From Candidatus Moanibacter sp. (GTDB lineage Bacteria > Verrucomicrobiota > Verrucomicrobiia > Opitutales > UBA2987), in assembly GCA_965215885.1 (NCBI GenBank), contig CBDCEW010000105.1:192001-256000 (forward strand): a DNA stretch of 64,000 nucleotides. The letters run 5' to 3'. Under the pieces are notes generated by a model. The model searched no databases. It was not told where the DNA came from and was given only the letters and a program-made list of their open reading frames with translations. Position 1 is the first letter of the stretch, and every line of letters starts with the position of its first letter. Below, one piece after another: positions 61,236 through 64,000 of the stretch. A program made the translations under genes and the position numbers.

Positions 61236-62107
61236 TCACTCCTCGGCTGTGACTACAAAACCGTAATCAAAGATGAATTCGTCAACCTCCTCGGGAGTCC
61301 ACTTCTCGATTTTAGCCGGGGTCAGAAGGTCCGCATCGATCTCCTCATCGATCCGTCCTTCGATGACCGTGAAAATCGTCGACGAATCTTTATCAAAATC
61401 CTGCATTACGGCACGGTGTGGCCGAACCGTTGCCCCTTTACCTTTGCCGATTCATAATCGTAGGCGTTGAGTACCTTCATCAGCTTCTCGCCAGGGCCGT
61501 AAAAGTCGATTTGCAAAAGATGGAAGGAGTCTCTCGCAATATATAGATCGCGATAGATGTATGCGCTGGCGTCCTCTTCCGAATTCGATTGCGCCCGCAC
61601 TTTGTAACAGACCACACCTGTAACAAAGGTGTCTTCCAATCGTTCATATTCGTAATTTCTTGGGATCTCCCTCACCAGATCCTCAAACGAATAATCCGAA
61701 CCCAGAAAAGCTCCCGATCGATTGTCCGTGCTGATCTTGCGCGTCTTCCCTATCGAGGGGAGGAAAAAGTACTGCTGGACCTTGTCATTTGGATCCTAGA
61801 TTGCGAGTAGCGTCACGCCCTCGACGTCCGGTGGTCGAACCAATCTGATAAACGAACCCCGCCCACCTTCCGGGTCCTTCCGGTATACCGCCAGAAAACG
61901 GCGCTCTTCCAGTCTTGGTCCTGGCAGGACAATCGTCATGCGGATATAGGCCAGTTCCGAATCAACCTCCTGCGTCTCGACATATCCATCGACGATCGCC
62001 CTTCCAGTCATCTCGATCCCTTCCTCATGGTGGGCAGCGCTAAGAGAAATCGCAGATACCAGGCAAACCGTTAGGAAAGGGGTTAACAGGAAAGATAAAG
62101 CCTTCAT
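61236..62107 (-). pseudogene. Outer-membrane lipoprotein-sorting (LolA-like) protein with an in-frame TAG and one frameshift
   Basis: Signal peptide, PPDVEGVTLL, TAG at 61796-61798, in-frame YFFLPSIGKTRKI..FLGSDYSFEDL..LQIDFY, then a frameshift at C4 61433-61436 into RPHRAVMQD..TAEE*. Confidence 0.82.
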
Positions 62108-62193
62108 ATCGATATTTCTTGGATGAACACTTTAGAAATTCTCACCGCCAATGACCGATGTCCAGATCAAACTCTTAACCCGGACATGAGAAA

Positions 62194-62683
62194 CAGGGTA
62201 AAAGGATTCCAGGAAGCAACTAGCTGATAAGCAAGAAGATAAAAAAAGAGCTAAACAAACCCGAGGGAATCAGTCATGTTAAGATGGGATGAAAGACAAA
62301 AAATCTTACCAACTGAATCCTTCGATAGATCGTTTAACTCTGCGTCTGGTCCTGCCCGAAGAGCAGGAGCGATTCAATGATCTATTGAAACAACATCATT
62401 ATTTACACAGTGCGGGCAGCGCAGGAGAGACCCTGCGCTATGTGGCGCAGATCGACGGGCAATGGATGGGCCTGCTCTTGTGGGGGGCCGCATCCTACCG
62501 GCTGAAGGATCGAGACGAATGGATCGGGTGGGACGGGGCGCAACGGCATGCACGATTGAAACTGGTAGTACAGAACCGGCGTTTTCTGATTTTGCCCGGG
62601 GTGGATCTTGCAAATTTGGCCTCCAAGACGTTGGGTATGTGCCTGAGAGTCTTAGCCGATCACTGGCAGGAGACTTTTGGCTA
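62194..62683 (+). mobile_element. Truncated DUF4338-domain ORF (62289-62684), probably the 5' part of an ISAs1-type element interrupted by IS copy 2
   Basis: FNDLLKQHHYL..GETLRYVA..WGAA..LKDRDEWIGW..RLKLVVQNRRFLILP..NLASK..W; upstream CAGGG at 62194 resembles ISAs1 ends; the ORF's TAG stop is created at the IS junction. Confidence 0.65.
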
Positions 62684-64000
62684 GACCCCATTCGAAAAGC
62701 CTTTCGAGCGGGCGGTTTAAGGTTCTCCGCCACGGGCGGACCAGCCTATGGCTGGCAGGTTTCGGGTTTTAGGCTGCCGGCGCTGCCGATGAGCAGGTAT
62801 TGAGCGGCCATCGGCGTGGCTTGCTGCACAATACGTATATTTGCCGCTGTCTGGAGGCATACTCATCCCGTGGTGCTTTTTTCTCTGAGCTTCAAAGCGG
62901 TCAGATTCAGGCTGCCTGTTCCAGTTCCTCCCCTCGGCGTTTCTTCATCAGTATGATGCGGCAGAAGTTGTAGGCCAGAACCTTCTCGAGCAGTTCATCG
63001 CCTACCGCATCGATGCCGCGGCGGCCGAGTTCGCCAAAGGCAAATCCATCTTTAATCGTGAACATCAGCGACTCCACTGCGGAGCGATCGCGGCGTGCCT
63101 CGCGATACGCCTCGCTCTCCCAGTCCTCGGGGGTGGTCAACTTCTTGCCCTTCGCCCCACTGATACTGATCTGCTTTACCCCCATGCTCAGCACCTCCTT
63201 GCGTCCCTTCGCCGAAGCATATCCGTCATCGGTGCTGACCAGTTCAGCAATGACACCGGTGCGCTTGATCGAATCGCCGATGGCCGGCGCCAGCTCAATG
63301 GAGTCTGCCGCGTTGCCTTGCGGTACGATCAGGCTGGTGACAAAACCGTTTTCGCTGCGAACCAGTTGTGGCTTGTACCCGATCACTGGATTGCGGCTGC
63401 CCTTCTTGATGTAGGCCGCCGATCCGTCCGAGAGGCTCAGGACCTTCTGTGTGGACGGTAGCTTCTTTTCGTGAAACACCCGATCATGAGCATACTCAAC
63501 AACCCGCTTGGCGTCGGCAATATCGCCCCTGATCTGGCTCAATGCCCGCTCCAGAAGCTCCCGGCGAGTGGGAGGCAGTGAATCCATCGACAGGCCCTCT
63601 TCAAGATGGCTCAGTTCCCCCGTTAGTGAGTCGGCCGCCTTGCGGCCCCGCTTGAGCAACCGCCGGTAGTGTTTCTTCAGCTTGCCCTTCGACTTCGGTT
63701 TGCCCGCGGCCAGACAAATCTGAAACTCCAGCTTGTCCATTTCCTCCAGCCAACGCCCAACCCATCCCTTGCGAAAATCCTCCAGCCCGAAGACATGCAA
63801 CTTCTGACCCAAACGATTGGCCCGCATCAAAAGACCGCTCAGAATCTTCCCATCGGTGGGCCAGCAGCTGTTTGCTTTCACCGAGGTGCTGTCGATCGTC
63901 AGCTTCCCGAAATCGTCCCATTGCTCCTGGAGGATAAACCCAATCTGTTTATCAAAGATCAACTCGCGGGTCGTATGGCTGACCAGGTTCACGTTCTCCA
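62684..64000 (-). mobile_element. Second copy of the IS at 44896-46812 (runs off the window end); transposase C-terminal part 62907-64000
   Basis: Appears identical to 44896-46212 by eye, including the IR GACCCCATTCGAAAAGC; the translated ORF matches copy 1. Confidence 0.95.

Noticed and set aside
62289..62684. Druantia (DruA) defence system
   Set aside because: Only a short DUF4338 fragment with no DruB-E genes; the context fits a transposon-associated DUF4338.

Overview
Bacterial genomic window, most likely from a Verrucomicrobiota (Opitutales-like) genome. This is inferred from two lineage-typical C-terminal domains and the intergenic repeat style; no marker gene is present. In order, the window holds: the end of an IS4 transposase; an NSS transporter plus a 58-aa membrane partner missed by the ORF track; mtaB; an orphan amino-DNA methyltransferase; and a partner-switching signalling module (RsbW-like kinase-GAF-PP2C fusion, REC, Hpt, STAS). 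The centrepiece is a 4028-aa single-gene hybrid PKS-NRPS (KS-AT-DH-cMT-ER-KR-ACP-C-A(Gly-like)-PCP). It ends not in a TE or SDR-type R domain but in an unusual Rossmann domain resembling acyl-ACP reductases, is translationally coupled to a sulfotransferase, and is divergent from an RND exporter. Next come an ISL3 remnant, a frameshifted MASE1-PAS hybrid kinase and a Tat-motif adenosine deaminase. A signal-peptide RHS/YD protein follows, flanked by 531-bp direct repeats, with a poly-G tract separating it from a tail of repeated DPxGL motifs. Then two CRTAC1/ASPIC-UnbV paralogs sharing an unknown C-terminal domain, and an IS5-like element inserted at the start codon of a TonB-dependent receptor. 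That receptor heads a putative periplasmic purine-nucleoside scavenging locus (sulfatase, two NUP proteins, HupE/UreJ, signal-peptide adenine deaminase). The window ends with disrupted MMPL-cNMP and LolA-like genes and a second IS copy. Intergenic DNA is rich in GTAG-type REP-like palindromes and a ~100-bp composite repeat. Several frameshifts are single-base losses in homopolymers and two regions are mosaics, so some disruptions may be sequencing or assembly artefacts. No rRNA, tRNA or CRISPR array was recognised.
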